Assembly (NCBI GenBank): GCA_013239625.1
Contig: MU053561.1
Location: 5,444,439 to 5,508,438, forward strand
Length of the DNA stretch: 64,000 bases
Direction of reading: 5' to 3'
Source of the DNA: Lama guanicoe
Taxonomy: Eukaryota
Position numbers and translations under genes: made by a program. Below the pieces are notes generated by a model. It was not told the DNA's origin, ran no database searches, and worked only from the letters and a program-made list of their open reading frames with translations. Every line of letters starts with the position of its first letter. The first letter of the stretch is position 1. This document shows, piece by piece, positions 1-14,194 of the stretch.

Positions 1-29
1 TGATCCTGTGACCCCTTCGTGGAAATCTG

Positions 30-760
30 GTCAAGAACAAGCTTTAGAGAATCACAATTATCGAAAAAACAACAGCAGGAGGGCTGATGGTTGGATTAAA
101 TAGCTGTTTACCCATAGAACAGAGAATAAATGAGGTTTATAAAGGGGAGAGTGCAGTATGTAATGGCTGTTTGCATTCCAATCTAGATAAAGCTCAAGAA
201 TCAAAAAACAGTGAGAATGAGAAAAGCATATGCAAAGCAGAATAAGCTTGCTGATTACCTTATGTTTGTGGGGAATAAAAAGATATTACTTCAAGCCAGA
301 AGATGGGAGAAGGAAAGGAAAGGGGGAAGAAGAAATGACTAGACAATTTTAATATTGCTCATACATAAAGGAACAAAAAGAAAAAAAAGATGGAGGAGGA
401 ACAAAGACCATTTATAAAAGTATAAAGGTAGCCATCAGAATAAAGATACAAATCTTCCTAAAAAGAGAAATCAAGTAAAATAGACTATATAGTGCAAGGC
501 TTTTTATATAGAAGACTTGTATATGGGTAAAATAGAAAAACATGACAAAACTGAGACTAAACATACAGATCACATCAATAAATATAAAGTTTTACATTGG
601 CTACAAAGTTCGACACTTTTTAAAGCAAAGAAATTCGGAAAGATAAGAGAATAAAAAGATGGATAAAGATTTGTCAGGCAAATGCAAAGAAAAGAAGGTA
701 GGAGTTGCAATTCTAAAATCTGACAAGGTAGATTTATGGGAGAAAATCATAAGGAGTCAG
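30..760 (+). mobile_element. Old L1 (L1M-type) fragment spanning the inter-ORF region and start of the ORF2 endonuclease
   Basis: ~657-735 translates, with one frameshift, to RWIKICQANAK../VGVAILKSDKVD. This resembles L1 EN GWKKIYQAN..KKAGVAILISDKIDF. The plus strand is A-rich. Confidence 0.7.
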
Positions 761-934
761 ATTTTTAAAACAAAATATTTTATAACATGTTAAGGAATCC
801 AGATTTGCAGTCAATAGGAGTCTTGAAGGCTTAACCATAGATGGACAAGAATCAGACGTGCACGTTAAAGATGGACTAGACTGATGTGACATGAGAGGCA
901 AGGGGTACAACTAGAATCGGGCAAGGTGACAATT

Positions 935-1165
935 ACTGCTTAAATATCTACACTAGACCAAGTGGTTTACACTCATGTTCTCACTTTAATTCTAATAATT
1001 GTATGAAGTGAGCCTTATTATTCATATTTCATATACAGAGATTCTGAATCTTCCTAAGCTTCAGAATCTACATATACGAACCTGCCCAAGTGAACCAACT
1101 AGTAAAATGCTAGAATCAACATTTTAAAGTCAGTTGTACTTAACTCTTTGCCACCATACAATGCT
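935..1165 (-). mobile_element. MIR SINE (degraded)
   Basis: Matches the reverse MIR core: ctcactttaattct...ttattattcatatttcatatacagag...cctgcccaag...ctagtaa. Confidence 0.6.
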
Positions 1166-2014
1166 ATTTGTTTTTTTGTTTTTTAAGGTCCGTAAGAAAG
1201 AGTGAGGGTCTACCACAGTGCAGAGGGATAGGTATTTAAGAAACATAATTAGGAAGTTTGGTGATGGACTAGACATTGTGAGAGACTAACTAATAATAAC
1301 AAAACAAAAGAAATCAAGAATTCCTGAGGCATATAATATAAAAGCTAGTATCCACAAGGAGTTACAAAGACACCAAAAAGTAACCAGAATGTCCTTTTAT
1401 GCCCTTTTATTGTTTACTGCTTTTATTCTTCCCCAGACCTACACTAATTAAACCAAGTACACATCATTTGTTATGCGTCTTTTAAAAAAAGCCCCAAACA
1501 CGATTACAACAATAACCAGGTCCTGAAGAAAACTATTAAGACTGGAATAAATACACCAACATTCAGATAAAAATTCAAAATGGATTACCACAAAGGTGGC
1601 ACTGCATGCTTCCTTCTTTTTCCCTTTGGGGAAAGGGCAGATTTTTAAATTAGTAACAGCCTCATACTACCAAAATGTTTATTTTCAGCGTACAAGGCAT
1701 TGAGAGCAAAAAAGTCTTCTTACTGCACAGGCTTCAGAAACTGATTTACAGGAATAAAAGCTAGTTAGCAACACGTACATTTAAATTCTTAAAGTCTTAC
1801 GACTTGTTACAAAGTCACAATATAGAGTCTTCTCGTTTTTCTATTTTTAAAAACAAAACCCTTGAAAATCCTCTGAAAAATTTTCTCTTCATCTAATTTT
1901 TGTTTCATTCTATGGCTCCAACTTAGTCTTCACAATTTCATACAAGATACTCTACTGAATTATTTCTAGATGTTTGATTAGTTAAATAAAGATATTCTGG
2001 ACTCATTTCTTTTA

Positions 2015-2209
<195 letters not shown>

Positions 2210-2419
2210 CTAGTGAATGAATAGCTTTAAAACATTTAGCTATAAATGGGAAAAAGAAATAAAAATAGTTCACCAAAAGCAAGATAACTAATACCAAATT
2301 ATTATAGGTACTATAATTAAAACATAAACCTGCAATACACAATGTGGACATAATTTTACATGGTAGGAGTGGGAGGAGGTGTAAGGTCAGAAAATATAAC
2401 AAATATTCAAGTTAATTTC

Positions 2420-3170
2420 ATTCAGTTCCATGATTTTAAATGCGATCTATATGCTGATAAGTTCCAAATTCTTATCATATCTCTATCCCTGACCTATCTC
2501 CACCAGGCTCCAAACTCATCTAACTCCTTCATATATATTTCAGATATATTTGTAAGTCAAATAAGCACCTCAAATTTCAGATAAACAAAAGAGAACTCTT
2601 AACTCTATCCTCCTCCAATATTTCCTACTCTTCTAGTTTTCCCTGTTTTAAAAAATCACCACCACCCATCTAAAAGAACAAACGCAAAAGCTAGAGGTCA
2701 TCTCCAATTTCTCCTTTTGACTTTTATCCCCTGAAGCAATTTATTAGCAACTTTTGTCAGTTCTCCCTCCAAAACATATCCCACACTGCCCACTTCTCTC
2801 CACTTCCATTGCCACCACCCTAAGCTAAGCCACCATTTCTTATGTGGAATTCAGCAACAGCCTTCGAATTGGTCTCACTGCATCCACTCTTGGCTCCTTC
2901 CTGCTCCCACCATTCACACAGAAGCCAAAATGAGATTTTAAACATAAATCAGATAATCACTACTCTGTTTAGAGCCACCCAATGACTTCCTGCTGCTCTT
3001 GGAGTGTAATACAAACTTCTAAACAGGGCCTAGGAGGCCCTACCTGTTCCAGCTCCGGCCATCTCTGACCAGGCTCCTTCACCCTTCCCCTGTCAGTGTC
3101 CCACCCACACTGGCCATCTTTCTCATCTCTAACAGGCCAAATGGGCCCTACTCAGAACCTTCCGTGTATC
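2420..3170 (+). mobile_element. L2 LINE, 3' part of ORF2 (RT YADD region onward)
   Basis: ctatatgctgataagttccaaatt (LYADK), cacctcaaattt, ttctccctccaaaacatatc, gccaccaccctaagctaagccacc and aacagccttcgaattggtctc are collinear with the L2 consensus. Confidence 0.85.
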
Positions 3171-5589
3171 ACTAGAGTGAATGGGCATTTTCTATCCACT
3201 TGCTTGACTCCTAGATACAATGTGAATAAAGAAGAGTGAAAGATTTTCTTATTTATGGGGAAATAAGAGGAGTATTAGGGATCTCAAAGAAATACTAAGC
3301 AGAAAAAAACAGGGGATCACAGAAGTCTGATAGCAGTGGATTTATAGTAAGGGTTGAACTTTAAATGAACATCAAAGCAATCCAACACTGTTCCTTAGAC
3401 AAGACTTCAGATAATTAGAAAAGAACAATGCTAAAACAGACTAGATTATCTTGTTGAATTAGAAATGACTAGTCGATTAAAATATACTCTTGTTTATTTG
3501 GAATAGTACAGTTATGACCAGATTAGATAAGCCAAAAGGTTACTGCAGATCAGTTCATGCTTTTAACTATTATTCCGTAACATAGCATTTCTAATCCCCT
3601 CTTTTGGTCTCTTCTCACATATATATAAATAAACATTGCCTATAGAGAGAGTGTTTAAAAAAGCAGGAAATCACAGTGCTTCTAAAGTTTAGAGATAACA
3701 TTCAGCTCCTTAAACTAATAAACATAAACCAAAAAGTCCCTGTTTCGCCTTGTCAAAAATAGATGCGGAGGAAGGGGGGAAACTCGTGATCAAAGAAGAA
3801 AACTTGAAAGACATTTACAGGTAGAACACAGAACAATCTGTGGTCTCAGAGGCTGCTTCTGCCAGGCTTTTAGGGGTCCCACCAACCCAAGGCCAATTTA
3901 GATGGAATCATATTATTTTATTCTTTATTTACACCACAATACTTGTTCATTGCTAGGTAGAAGAAAAACCTAATTCATAATCAATACTGTCCAGTTTCAT
4001 TGCTTATTGAACAAAAACATACCCAATAATAAGTTCAACTAAGTATTTTAAAAGTTAGGTAAGGAGTGTTTCAAATGCATTGTAATTGTAATCATTATAC
4101 AATAACTTTGGTGGATTGTTACATAGATGCTTAAAAGTGTTGTGATGTTTGCAGGGTTTTTGGCTAGACAGAGAATGCATTATTTTTTTCTTTTTAAAAG
4201 AACATTATCTAGGCTCCAATGTCTAAAAGCCTACTATCGAACAGATTTTAAGGAATAGATTTAATATGGATAAAGGATAATGCCTGTTTTATTAAAGAAG
4301 ACACTCTGAATCAACACTTAATTCAAGCTTTTCTGTTTTGTTTTTAATTTGAAGCTTTACTATAAAATGTGGTATAACTCAGAGAGATAACTATAAGATG
4401 CTAAAAACCCAGACTAGGTTTTAATCTATAAAAACAACAGCCATTAAATTAGATATAAGGAAAGACAAAGCCATAATACAAATCAGAGATTACAAATTAT
4501 AGCATAAGGGGCTCTCTTAAGGGAAAAGGAAGTTAAACAACTCAATTCCTGTTTCAAGGGCCCACAGAGCTTACAGCTGAGAGAACTGTTAAAGCAGAAA
4601 GAATTAGATTTGAAGAACAACATTGAGAATTATCAGGGCAGGAATAACTTCTTCACCCTCAACTTCTACTGGGATTCCAGATGCAACGCAGAGATAAACA
4701 GTTACAAAGAAGAGGTGAAGTACAATTTCTTAAATGGGATATTTTATTTAAAACGTGCAACTATTCAAAGAAGTCCTCACACTTTTCTGAGGTTGGTGAC
4801 AAAATATTACAAGTATCAATGAAATGCCAATTATAAAAGATTAACAAATTATATGGGTTGGCATTCTTTAAGATGAATAATAATAAATAATAAAATACAT
4901 TGGATATGGTAGTCATCATGGACTTCCTTGCTTTAAGAAACCAAAATATCTTTTTTAAGGGGACAGAATATTATGGTTCCCTCTTTGATGTGATTCCAGG
5001 GAATTTCTTAAAAAAAAAAAATGTAAATATCCTGAAAAGGCAGATGGCTGTGGAATTACCAGAAGGCCAACAGAAACATTAGCTCACAAAGACACTGCTG
5101 GGATTATCTATTTAATCGAATTGTATATGAACTTCTGCCTCTTGTTTAGGGAGAGTTTCACAGAAACTTGACATTTTAAGAGTATGAAAAACATCTACCT
5201 GGGGTTAATGCAGTTGCTTTTCAACAAATAAGAAGAAAAGATTCTTCAGATTTGCATTCGTACGTAGCCAACCTTTGCTTTTAAGTGTTAAGATTATTTT
5301 TTGACTTCTAAATGATGTGTAAGTCAAGTTGATTTATGAAACTTAAAAACAGGTCTATAAATCTTACAAACATAGCTCAGGTGGGGAAGTCTCCATCATA
5401 TAAATAAACTCAGGCACTCAAGTTTCATTGTACAAATCCTTAGTCAAAAGAACTCCTCACTCAGATCCATACTTTCTGAACGTGTGCCACTATTCAGCAC
5501 CATTTCCCTCTGAGGAATCAGTAGACAGTCACTGGTTATTATTTAGACAAACACTGGGGCATGCTGGCTTAGGGGTGGCCACCCAGGCA

Positions 5590-6600
5590 GCCATTAACCA
5601 ATCCAATTGCCAACACTGCACTGTCTTTTCCATCAGGAAAATCTAGATTTTGTCAACCACTTTTTAAAGTCAAGATATGACATGTCTTTACTATTGTCTA
5701 ACCCAGAATTATACAATTGAAAAAAAGAAAAAAAATGAGGTCAGTTTGGCATGTCTTGTTCTTATACATTCACACTGATTCATGGGTCACCCCATTCTTT
5801 TCTATACACTTTCAATGTTTTATTTTTTTTTTTTATAATCTCTTTGAATGTTGTTACAATTCAAAGTTAAGGAAGTAGACTCGAGTTTTCACAATCTATG
5901 CTTTTGGGGAAACTGGGACGTTTGGCTTGCCTCAGACCCCTGGTACATCCCACACTCTCCATGATTTCACAAAGAGTATTGACAAGAACCCTGAGATCAT
6001 ATCTGAGAGTCCCTTTGACTCCTGGCAGGCAATTCAGCTGAGGCTTGAAAACTTAATTTTACTTAAAGTGAATACTCTCTTCATCTTTTAAAAACTTAAT
6101 TCCCTCATTTTGAAGTTGTTTTATCTTTCACGACTGGAAAGATAATTCTTCCAGTTCAAGATGATGGAAGCAAAGTAAGAATGGTATAGAACTGATTTCT
6201 GTCTATAAACAGCTAACAAAACACTGTCTTCTGACAGTAAGCCTCTCTCTTCCTTCTCATTACTCTTGCTCCAAACACAGCCTTATAAGTTCTTTCAGCT
6301 CTCTGAAGTATCTCAACTCCTTCTGAGGTTTGACCTATAGTAAAAGAAATTCTTAAATGTTTATTTCTTACAGTCTACTTAGCACTGCACAAATTTGATT
6401 ATGTGCTCCATCCAACTATCAAATCATACACATCTCTTAAAAATTCTGAGCTGCTCAGAACATTCTGTGTACCCATAAGAATTCTTCACATAACTTTTCT
6501 TTTGAAAATCTCTAGTCCTGGAATCACATCAACAGATGCTAATAACTGTTAAAAACCTGTTTCCCTCGAAGGCACAGTATGGGCATCACCATGTCCCACT
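5590..6600 (-). mobile_element. L3/CR1 LINE relic (ORF2 RT region; best supported 5650-6060)
   Basis: Minus-strand translations KNKTCQTDLIFF (~5730-5763) and LFVKSWRVWDVPGV*GKPNVPV (~5912-5977) match CR1 motifs KNKSCQTNLISF and IFEKSWRTGEVPEDWRRANVTPIF. Confidence 0.8.
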
Positions 6601-7579
6601 TCTCTTCCATAATTACTGTGGTGCCCGTGAGATAGCTTGGTGACTTTCCCCAATAAACTGTTCAATGTAACTAGCTCAGCACAGATAATCTTACTAACTA
6701 GTCGTTGCCCATTAGACCTGGACTCTTCCTGTGCCTCCTGAGCTCCACAGCAGTGAGAGAACGCGCCATGGAAGGAGTGGAAAAGATGCCCATAAGCTTA
6801 ACTCCAAACTGGCTCCTTGGTTCAAGGCAGGAGGTCCCTAGAACAAAATAAACCAAACTCCACTTGTTTGTGAAACTGTAAGTGGGATTTAAGCAAGACT
6901 TTTCCAGATAATCAGTATCTACATATTTCATAGTAAAATATATCCTATGGCACAAACAGTCTTAAAAAATATCTTACATAGTTGTTAAACATGAAAGTTT
7001 GTCAGCTCTCGCAGGGTCAGCACGATGGTTTGTTTTTACAGATTTAGTCCCAGGGTCTAGCACATAGAGGGAGGAAATCAGCTAAATTTGGTATTTTCAA
7101 CTGTTCATGTGACCCTCCACATTCTCTAATACGTAAAATTTTAGGATACTGACTTAACTGATACAGTATTCTTTCACAGTCTATCTACAGCTTTATTTTA
7201 AACTGTGTGTCTTAAACAATGAAATTAACTTTATTTGGATTCCATCATAAAGCTAAAATAAATCCTTCATTGACAAGCAAGCTCTGTATCTTTAAAAGTA
7301 AGTTTTAATTATAGTTTATATGTCAATTCCTCAAATTCTGTTCTTTATCCATTAATATAAAATAAGGCTAAATTAGCTAATCAAGTCTATTGTCTTCTAG
7401 CTCCAATGGGGATAACAAGTCTAGAACAGGGGAAAAAAAAAACCCCAAACCCTTCTTCCACTTCTTCTGGAGGGGGAAGATGTAAGAATGAAAAGAAAAC
7501 AGGAAATAGAGAACACTGATGACCAAGACTGTTATTTTATAGTAATTATTATATTATATATATATTATAGGCTATATCT

Positions 7580-7762
7580 TTTCACTCACTTTTCATGAGA
7601 ACCTTTAAGGTAGGTATTATTATTATTTCCAGTTTGTAGACAAGGAGTTGAGGTATAGAGAGGTTAAGTAACTTGGCCAAGGTACATCAGTAAAAGTAGC
7701 AGACCTGGGATCTGAACCCAGTCAGCCTGGCTCCAGAACCTGTACTTTAAGCACTGTGCTAG
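7580..7762 (-). mobile_element. MIR SINE
   Basis: aggtaggtattattatt...gagaggttaagtaacttggccaaggt...gggatctgaacccagtcagcctggctccaga. Confidence 0.9.
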
Positions 7763-7804
7763 AACACCTGCCCCCCTCTCTCCTTCTTTCTTTCCTCTCT
7801 TCCT

Positions 7805-7824
7805 TCCATCCATCCATCCATCCA
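7805..7824. repeat. (TCCA)n microsatellite after a CT-rich tract
   Basis: tccatccatccatccatcca. Confidence 0.85.
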
Positions 7825-7954
7825 CTCACCCATCTACTTATATCTTTTGATGAATTTCTTCTCTTGCACAAGTTTATAAGAATACAAGCTTAGAAGATCA
7901 TCTTTCATAAGACCCTATCCTTCCACGAAATAGTCACATCTATTGGGTTAAAAA

Positions 7955-8410
7955 AAGATTTACTGAGTCCTGAGTAGTAGGTACCTGCGGGTAAAGCAGT
8001 GAATGAGGAGAGTGCACCCAAATAGAACTCAGCTTTCCACACGGAAGATGAATACTGAAGAAGAAATGTCAACTACGAGAGCATCATGGAGGAGAAGTGT
8101 AGAGCACTGGGCGACTCTGTAATCTAGGTCCCAAGTTTAGGGCGTCTGGGAAGACGTCACTGAGTAAGTCACCCTGGAGCTGAAAGGACAAAGAGGACTC
8201 AACCAGACTAAAGAGGGGGTGGGAGGTTGGTGGAGGGAGTGGTACATGCTAAGGCACTTACTGAAGGTGGAAAGAACACAGTGCTTACAGGAACTAAGAG
8301 AAATCCAGTATAGCTGGTTCTTAGAAAGTGAGGAAGAGTTCACACACAAGCTGAGACAAGCGTTCCAGGGGCCAGCGGGCTGAGCAGAACCTCGTAACAA
8401 CCATTTAAAA
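7955..8410 (-). mobile_element. L2 3' region (degraded)
   Basis: atttactgag...aagcagtgaatga...gtctgggaagacgtcactgagtaagtcaccctggagctga resembles the reverse L2 3' end. Confidence 0.6.
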
Positions 8411-8883
8411 GAACTTCAACTAACTCAGGTATGACACCAAGGCCCTTCATAATTGCCATAAGCTGACAACTATGGATATATTCTTACTGGCCACATTTAT
8501 ATTCCATATTTGTGTTCAAATGCCACCTCATTATTTCTCTTCTGTCTTTTATCTATAAGAGTATATTCGAGGTTAGAGAAGACCCTTAGCCACACGGCTC
8601 TTTAAGTATGCCACTCTTATTACAGGTAAGTAGAACTTAATGAATTTTAAAAATAATTTATATAACTAAATTCTTATTCTGGTCCAAATTTGAAAAGACT
8701 AAATCTTCTGGAATCTCTTGAGCCACTTCAGTTTTTAAAACTGGATGGTTTTCAGCACTCTTCTGAGTTACAGCATGAAGAAACACAGACTGAAGCAATC
8801 AAGCACAGAATTCTGCTGCCACCCCACCAGCCAGGACAAGGTCTCCTGCTAACAGAGTCACATTCTATTTTTTTCCCTCAACC

Positions 8884-9293
8884 TTTTGAGATGTTATTGA
8901 TATATAACGCATGTAAGTTTAAGATGGGCATGTGATGATTTGATACACGTATATATCGTTAACCGATGACCACAATAAGGTTAGTTTGCAACTCCACCAC
9001 CTCATATCATTACTGTTTTATGCACGGATGGTGATAACATTGAAGAGCTACTCTCTTAACAACTTTCATGTATTTGATCTGGTATTAGAGTTACCACGCT
9101 ATACATTAGAACCCCAGAACTTAGTCATCCTAGAGCCATAAATTTACAGCTTTTGACCAACATCTCCCCATCTGCCCCACACCTAGGTCCTGAAAACCAC
9201 CACTCTACTCTCTGGTTCCATGAGAATATGAGCTTCTGTTTCTGTCTCTATTACATTCCACATATAAGTGAGCAGATACAGTGTTTGTCTTTC
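8884..9293 (-). mobile_element. L1 3' end (L1MA9-like)
   Basis: tactctcttaacaactttca, ctatacattagaaccccagaactta, accaccactctactctctggttccatgag, ttccacatataagtgagcagatacagtgtttgtctttct. Confidence 0.88.
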
Positions 9294-10416
9294 TTAGGCA
9301 GAGGCCACATTCTTTTATCTGTATTACAAATGATGGCAGTAGTATATATTAAAATGGGAGTGTCCACTCTCCCCTGGGTCTTGGAAGCAGCCATCACAAA
9401 CACGTTGGTCAGATTTCATCTACTGTGCTGGGTCCTACATCACTGGCAGTTTAAGGTCATGTCTGCTGCTGCACAACTGGTTCTTGCTCAGTACAACCAA
9501 GAAAAGTTTTCTCTTCGCCCCTCCCTTTCTTTCCTTCCCTTCTTCCTTCTCTCCCTTCCTTATTATTTTTCATGCATTTGCCATCAGAAGAATTGGGAGC
9601 ATAGCTAGAAAGAACTCTTTGAGGTAATCTATACATTTGAATATCCCTGAACCACACCAAACTAAATATATCCATTCCCAAAAGCCTAACACTGTTTACC
9701 ACATGTAGAATTCAGTCTTAATGCAGCATAGAAATTGCTTCATCATATTCAAATTATGTGTAAATAAAACCTATTATCATGCTTTACACTTTTTTGGGGG
9801 AAAGTTTTTATGGTGTTTATTTGCTTAAATAAAGCAAGTGTTTCCCTGTAAGATGTATCTGCAAACAACAATCATTCCTCTAAAAAATTCTGAAGCTTGG
9901 TCTGGGATCTGAGTTATAAAGAAAAAAGAGTTGGTACCCCAGAGGAAAAGGCTGTTGTGCCTATGTTCGTTCTTCCTACTGAGGCAATTACACCAGTCCT
10001 GTGAACACCCTGTCCCACCCATCTAACCTCCACACCCAACTCTTTCCCTTACTGGTTTCAGTCTTGTGTCTACTCCACCTGGCGCCCCACAGCGTTGTGT
10101 ACGTATAGGTACTACTGGAGAAAAAGACCTGCACATTGACCACTTGTTCACCTGCTCTTTGAAGCCAACACCCAGGCAGAACCCTGAGTCCACATTCAGG
10201 AGGTTCTGTTGTCATCTCTTCTCCCTACTGGTTCTTACTACAAACAGTAGGGTACGTGTTGGCCTCCCTCACTGGATCTTAAGCCTGTGTGAAGTCAGAA
10301 ACTATGTTTTGTTCATCTCTGGTTCTATCCTCCAAAACACATAGCGTAGCACCAAATAAACACTTCTCTTAAACACACCAAAATGACACTTGATAATGTG
10401 ACTGCTACCCTGATAG

Positions 10417-10573
10417 TTTTTTTTTAATTGAAGTATAGTCAGTTACAGTGTGTCTATTTCTGATGTACAGCACAATGTCCCAGTCATGCATATACATACA
10501 TATATTTGTTTTCATATTCTGTTTAATTAAAGGTTATTACAATATATTGAATATACTTCCCTGTGCTATACAG
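10417..10573 (-). mobile_element. Short, young, 5'-truncated L1 3' end (camelid/artiodactyl type)
   Basis: T9-aattgaagtatagtcagttaca...tatacttccctgtgctatacag is the reverse complement of the same 3' terminus seen at ~22795-22950. Flanked by gatag on both sides. Confidence 0.88.
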
Positions 10574-10669
10574 ATAGCGTTTTCAATGGAGTTCATCTCA
10601 GAAAAACACTTTCACTGTAATCCTAACAGAAACCCTTTCATTAAACAGCACTGTTAAGAGTACCGTTTT

Positions 10670-10723
10670 ATTATAACAATGTGGTCAAATGTTTATAATG
10701 ATTATAACAATGTGGTCAAATGT
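10670..10723. repeat. Perfect 23-bp direct duplication (period 31)
   Basis: attataacaatgtggtcaaatgt at 10670-10692 and 10701-10723. Confidence 0.9.
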
Positions 10724-10975
10724 ATTTTAAACGAAAAAAGGGGGTCACAAGACAATATTCAATGTGACCCCATATTGAAATATATCTGAGGATATGCAAA
10801 TTTAACAAAAAAGAGTCAAACATGAAACAAACTCATACTTAACCACTTAGTAATACTTAAAAGTATTATTGCAGGTATAATTATTGGGTGGTTTTTAAAA
10901 ACCTTTTATCTTCATAGTTTTTGTATTTTCAAATTTTCTACAGTGAAGATCTATTACTATAATGAGGAAAAGAAT
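10724..10975 (+). mobile_element. Old L1ME-like 3' end
   Basis: Ends in ...ttttgtattttcaaattttctacagtgaagatctattactataatgaggaaaa, typical of L1ME 3' termini. Confidence 0.55.
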
Positions 10976-13109
10976 TTAAAAACTAGAGAACGTATTTTTG
11001 AAAAACTGTGCCCTCAAAGGTTGTTAGTGGAAAAGGAAGCGTGACCTAGCGGACCATTATGACAAAAAACTTGCAGCAGTTCTATGTGAGAGCTGATACT
11101 ATCTGTGTAGGTTTTCCTTTAATCATTCGTTTTTAATAAGTAGTATTTTCACTATAGCTAGGTTAAACTGCAGCCAATTTGTTTTTAACTGAAACTCTTA
11201 ACTGATAAACAAGCTATAGAATATTAAAACCTACATTTGAAAAATAAGATGAAAATCACGATTCTAGAAAAGACACAACAAAATCACCACAATTTTCCCT
11301 TTAAAAGTCATGTATCGGGAAGACAGAAGTAAGATGAACCTCTCACGTTGAACAGTAGAAAAAATAAGAAATCATCTAAAGTGGGTCTTTTTCTTTTCAA
11401 AGCTTTCATTTGATGGGATCATGTAGATTTAGTCCTTAAAGAAAAACAGTATTTTTAAAGTGCTATCCTGAGGCTATTTACAATTTTTTCTTTGTGGCAC
11501 TCACATCAGGAGTCATTAGCAAACCTGTCATAATGCCAGATAACCAGTGCCTGGATGGCACACCAATAACTGAATCATAGCATTAATGCTTCATCCTTTT
11601 GACAAGAGGGTACAAAGCCATCTATCGTGCCCTGTCACTTTCCCTGAAAACAGAATAACTAGGTTCTGCAGTCTTTGGAAATCAAAGTTACATGCTTCAG
11701 CAGAATGTCCATGACTTGAGGTGGAAGATCTGTTACTGATGTTTCATTATAACAGCTCATAAAAAGATAGCTGAAAGGGAATATAGGTGTGCTTGCTTAG
11801 AAGTCTGACTGGGAAAGTCTGACTATTAGAGAATTCAGATTGTATCTTAAGATGCATCATTATGTAAACAATCTCAGCCTCTAGGTTCAGGATGATATAA
11901 TTAACTGCTATTAAAGAAGCAATTTAATAGCCTCTTTTTCTCTGATAGCTTTTGAAAATAGAAATTTATACTAATCCTGAGAAATTTTCTCAAGTAGATA
12001 GTTAAAGGTCCTAAAAACTGTATTACACATCAAAAGTGATCTGACTCCAGGGAGAGCCAACATTCATTCATTAAAAAATAATTTGCTATTTCCCATTTTC
12101 ATTTCTAATCTCTATGTTTAATCAGTAACACATTTAAAAGGATTTATTCTATTATCCTTACAACAAAATATCAACATTTCAAAAAAACATTTTTAGAGAC
12201 AGATCAGCATTCCTATATCTCCCTATCCAGATTCCTCCACTAAAAATCCTCCCCCTCCTCAACTCATCCCCGCTATAAGGCTGAGTGAATCAGGACCTTT
12301 CAGAGCATGTCAATATAGGTGAAAGTCAGAAGATCTCCAGTCTCCCATTTCCCATTAAAGGATCTTAAACAAACACGCACACATACTGACACAAAAAGAC
12401 AGAGGTGGGGAAGGAAGGGTCGGAGGGAGGTCTGTACCACTAAACTAAACCAATGGAAAGAAAGGAATCTATTTCAAAAGGCAATGGGAATTTCTATAAA
12501 TTCCAACATCCGTAATAACAAAGAAAATGCTCTGTAAGAACCGCAGTCAAGAGTACTAAATGCCTTATCCAACTTGATAGTCCTGAATTTAGGTTCAAGA
12601 ACTGAAAGATAGTCTTCTGGACAACATGACAATATAAGTCACTTTTACAAAAGACTCTCTAATACAGAACAAATTGAGGGGGAATAATCAAAAACAGAAG
12701 GAAAAGAAAGAGTTAATCTCTGTCCACTCAAATATCAACTCCAAAGAATACAGAATAATTTGGAGAAAACTGAGAAAATGCCTGAAGCTGACATACAACA
12801 CTGTAGCTCATAAGCACAGCACATTTTGCAGACTGAGTACAAAATGTTAATATTGAATGTATATGCTGATGTATAAACAAAATGTATATGAGCTGCTGCT
12901 CCCAACTCCTAGAAGCAGGAGACAGAAACATTCAGAGCGAAAGAGTGACAAAGTTCCCAAAATGCAGCTGCCTTGGCCTAACTCCCCCCTCCTAGCTACC
13001 TCCTCAGATATCAGAGTAGCTAAATAGAGGATACATGTCAAGCCGAACAGTTCATGTGCTAATGGTAATCTCCACATGGTACCCAAGTAAATAGGAAAGG
13101 TAGTTAAGA

Positions 13110-13320
13110 CATAGCATTAATGGGTTTAAGCAAAGTAACAAGATTAGGCTGGCATATTAAAAAGGTAACTTTGTGTGGAGAATAAAAGGTAACTGTGTGG
13201 AGAATAAACAAGACCAAGAACAGCTATGGGGCATGCAATGAAAATATGAGGGCCATTGTCCAGGTAAAAGATGATTCAGATCAGTAGCAGCAGTAGAGAA
13301 GTAGACAGATTTGAGATTCA
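13110..13320 (-). mobile_element. L2 fragment containing a local tandem duplication
   Basis: gggtttaagcaaag...tgtgtggagaata...gtccaggtaaaagatga...gatttgaga. The unit aaaaggtaact(t)tgtgtggagaat is duplicated at ~13158-13208. Confidence 0.6.
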
Positions 13321-14194
13321 CTGTACATGCCCATATATATGCAAAGTTTTCCAATACCAAACACTATCCTTAGAAGAGGAAGTTGTCTTATATTTGAACC
13401 TTACAGAGTCTCAGATTACAGATGATCGATAAATTACTTTATTTCGAGAAAATACAAGTACAGTCTGAAGAAGTTATGTTAGTCTGAACCAACAATTGTT
13501 TAAGAGATAATCTGACACAATTGCTGAGAGGAGGAAAGAGGGGGAAGCAAAGTGAAAAAACTTAGTAATTATTCCTTGGGGTATTACTCCACAGCTGCAT
13601 GTGGTAGATGTCACTGTCAAGCAATCTTTCAATGATCACCTTTTGAAAAAAGTGATTCATCCATATTTAGGTTATGAGATCATAAACATAGGCCAACAAC
13701 AAAAGTGGTGTGGGGGGTGGGGGGGTGGAATCTGCCCTAATTGTACTTGTGGCTAGGATAGCATTATACAGATTTAAAAAACACAATATCTCAAACAACT
13801 TAGATGGAAAGGAGGAGGAAGTGATCTGTAAAACTGTGTTAATGACTCATTCCAGTGTTGACAAAATACCAAAGATGTAAGTTGAAGAGTTTGCACAAAT
13901 TTTTACATGAAATAGTGGGAAAGCAGTATTTCTAAATTTCATTTTAAATATACAGGTAATTAAATTAAATATTAGAGGTAGAAATCTGACTATATCCCTA
14001 AAAGTTTAGATTCATAGGGCCTAACTGAAAGGATATGTATTTTTTTAAGTGTTCTTTAAAAAACTGTGGGAGCACTTAAGCTTAACTACAGAGTCTCCTT
14101 ACATTTGGATATCTGTGATACTGTGAATAGAATCCATTAGCCTTCATAATATATTTGACAGGAAGATTCAGGAAAAAAGAGAAACAGAAAAGCT

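Noticed and set aside
9153..9608. 151-aa plus-strand ORF
   Set aside because: It starts inside an antisense L1 3' UTR, runs through a CT-rich tract, and shows no recognisable domain or exon structure.
13707..13728. G-run (possible G-quadruplex)
   Set aside because: A simple low-complexity G tract with no supporting context.
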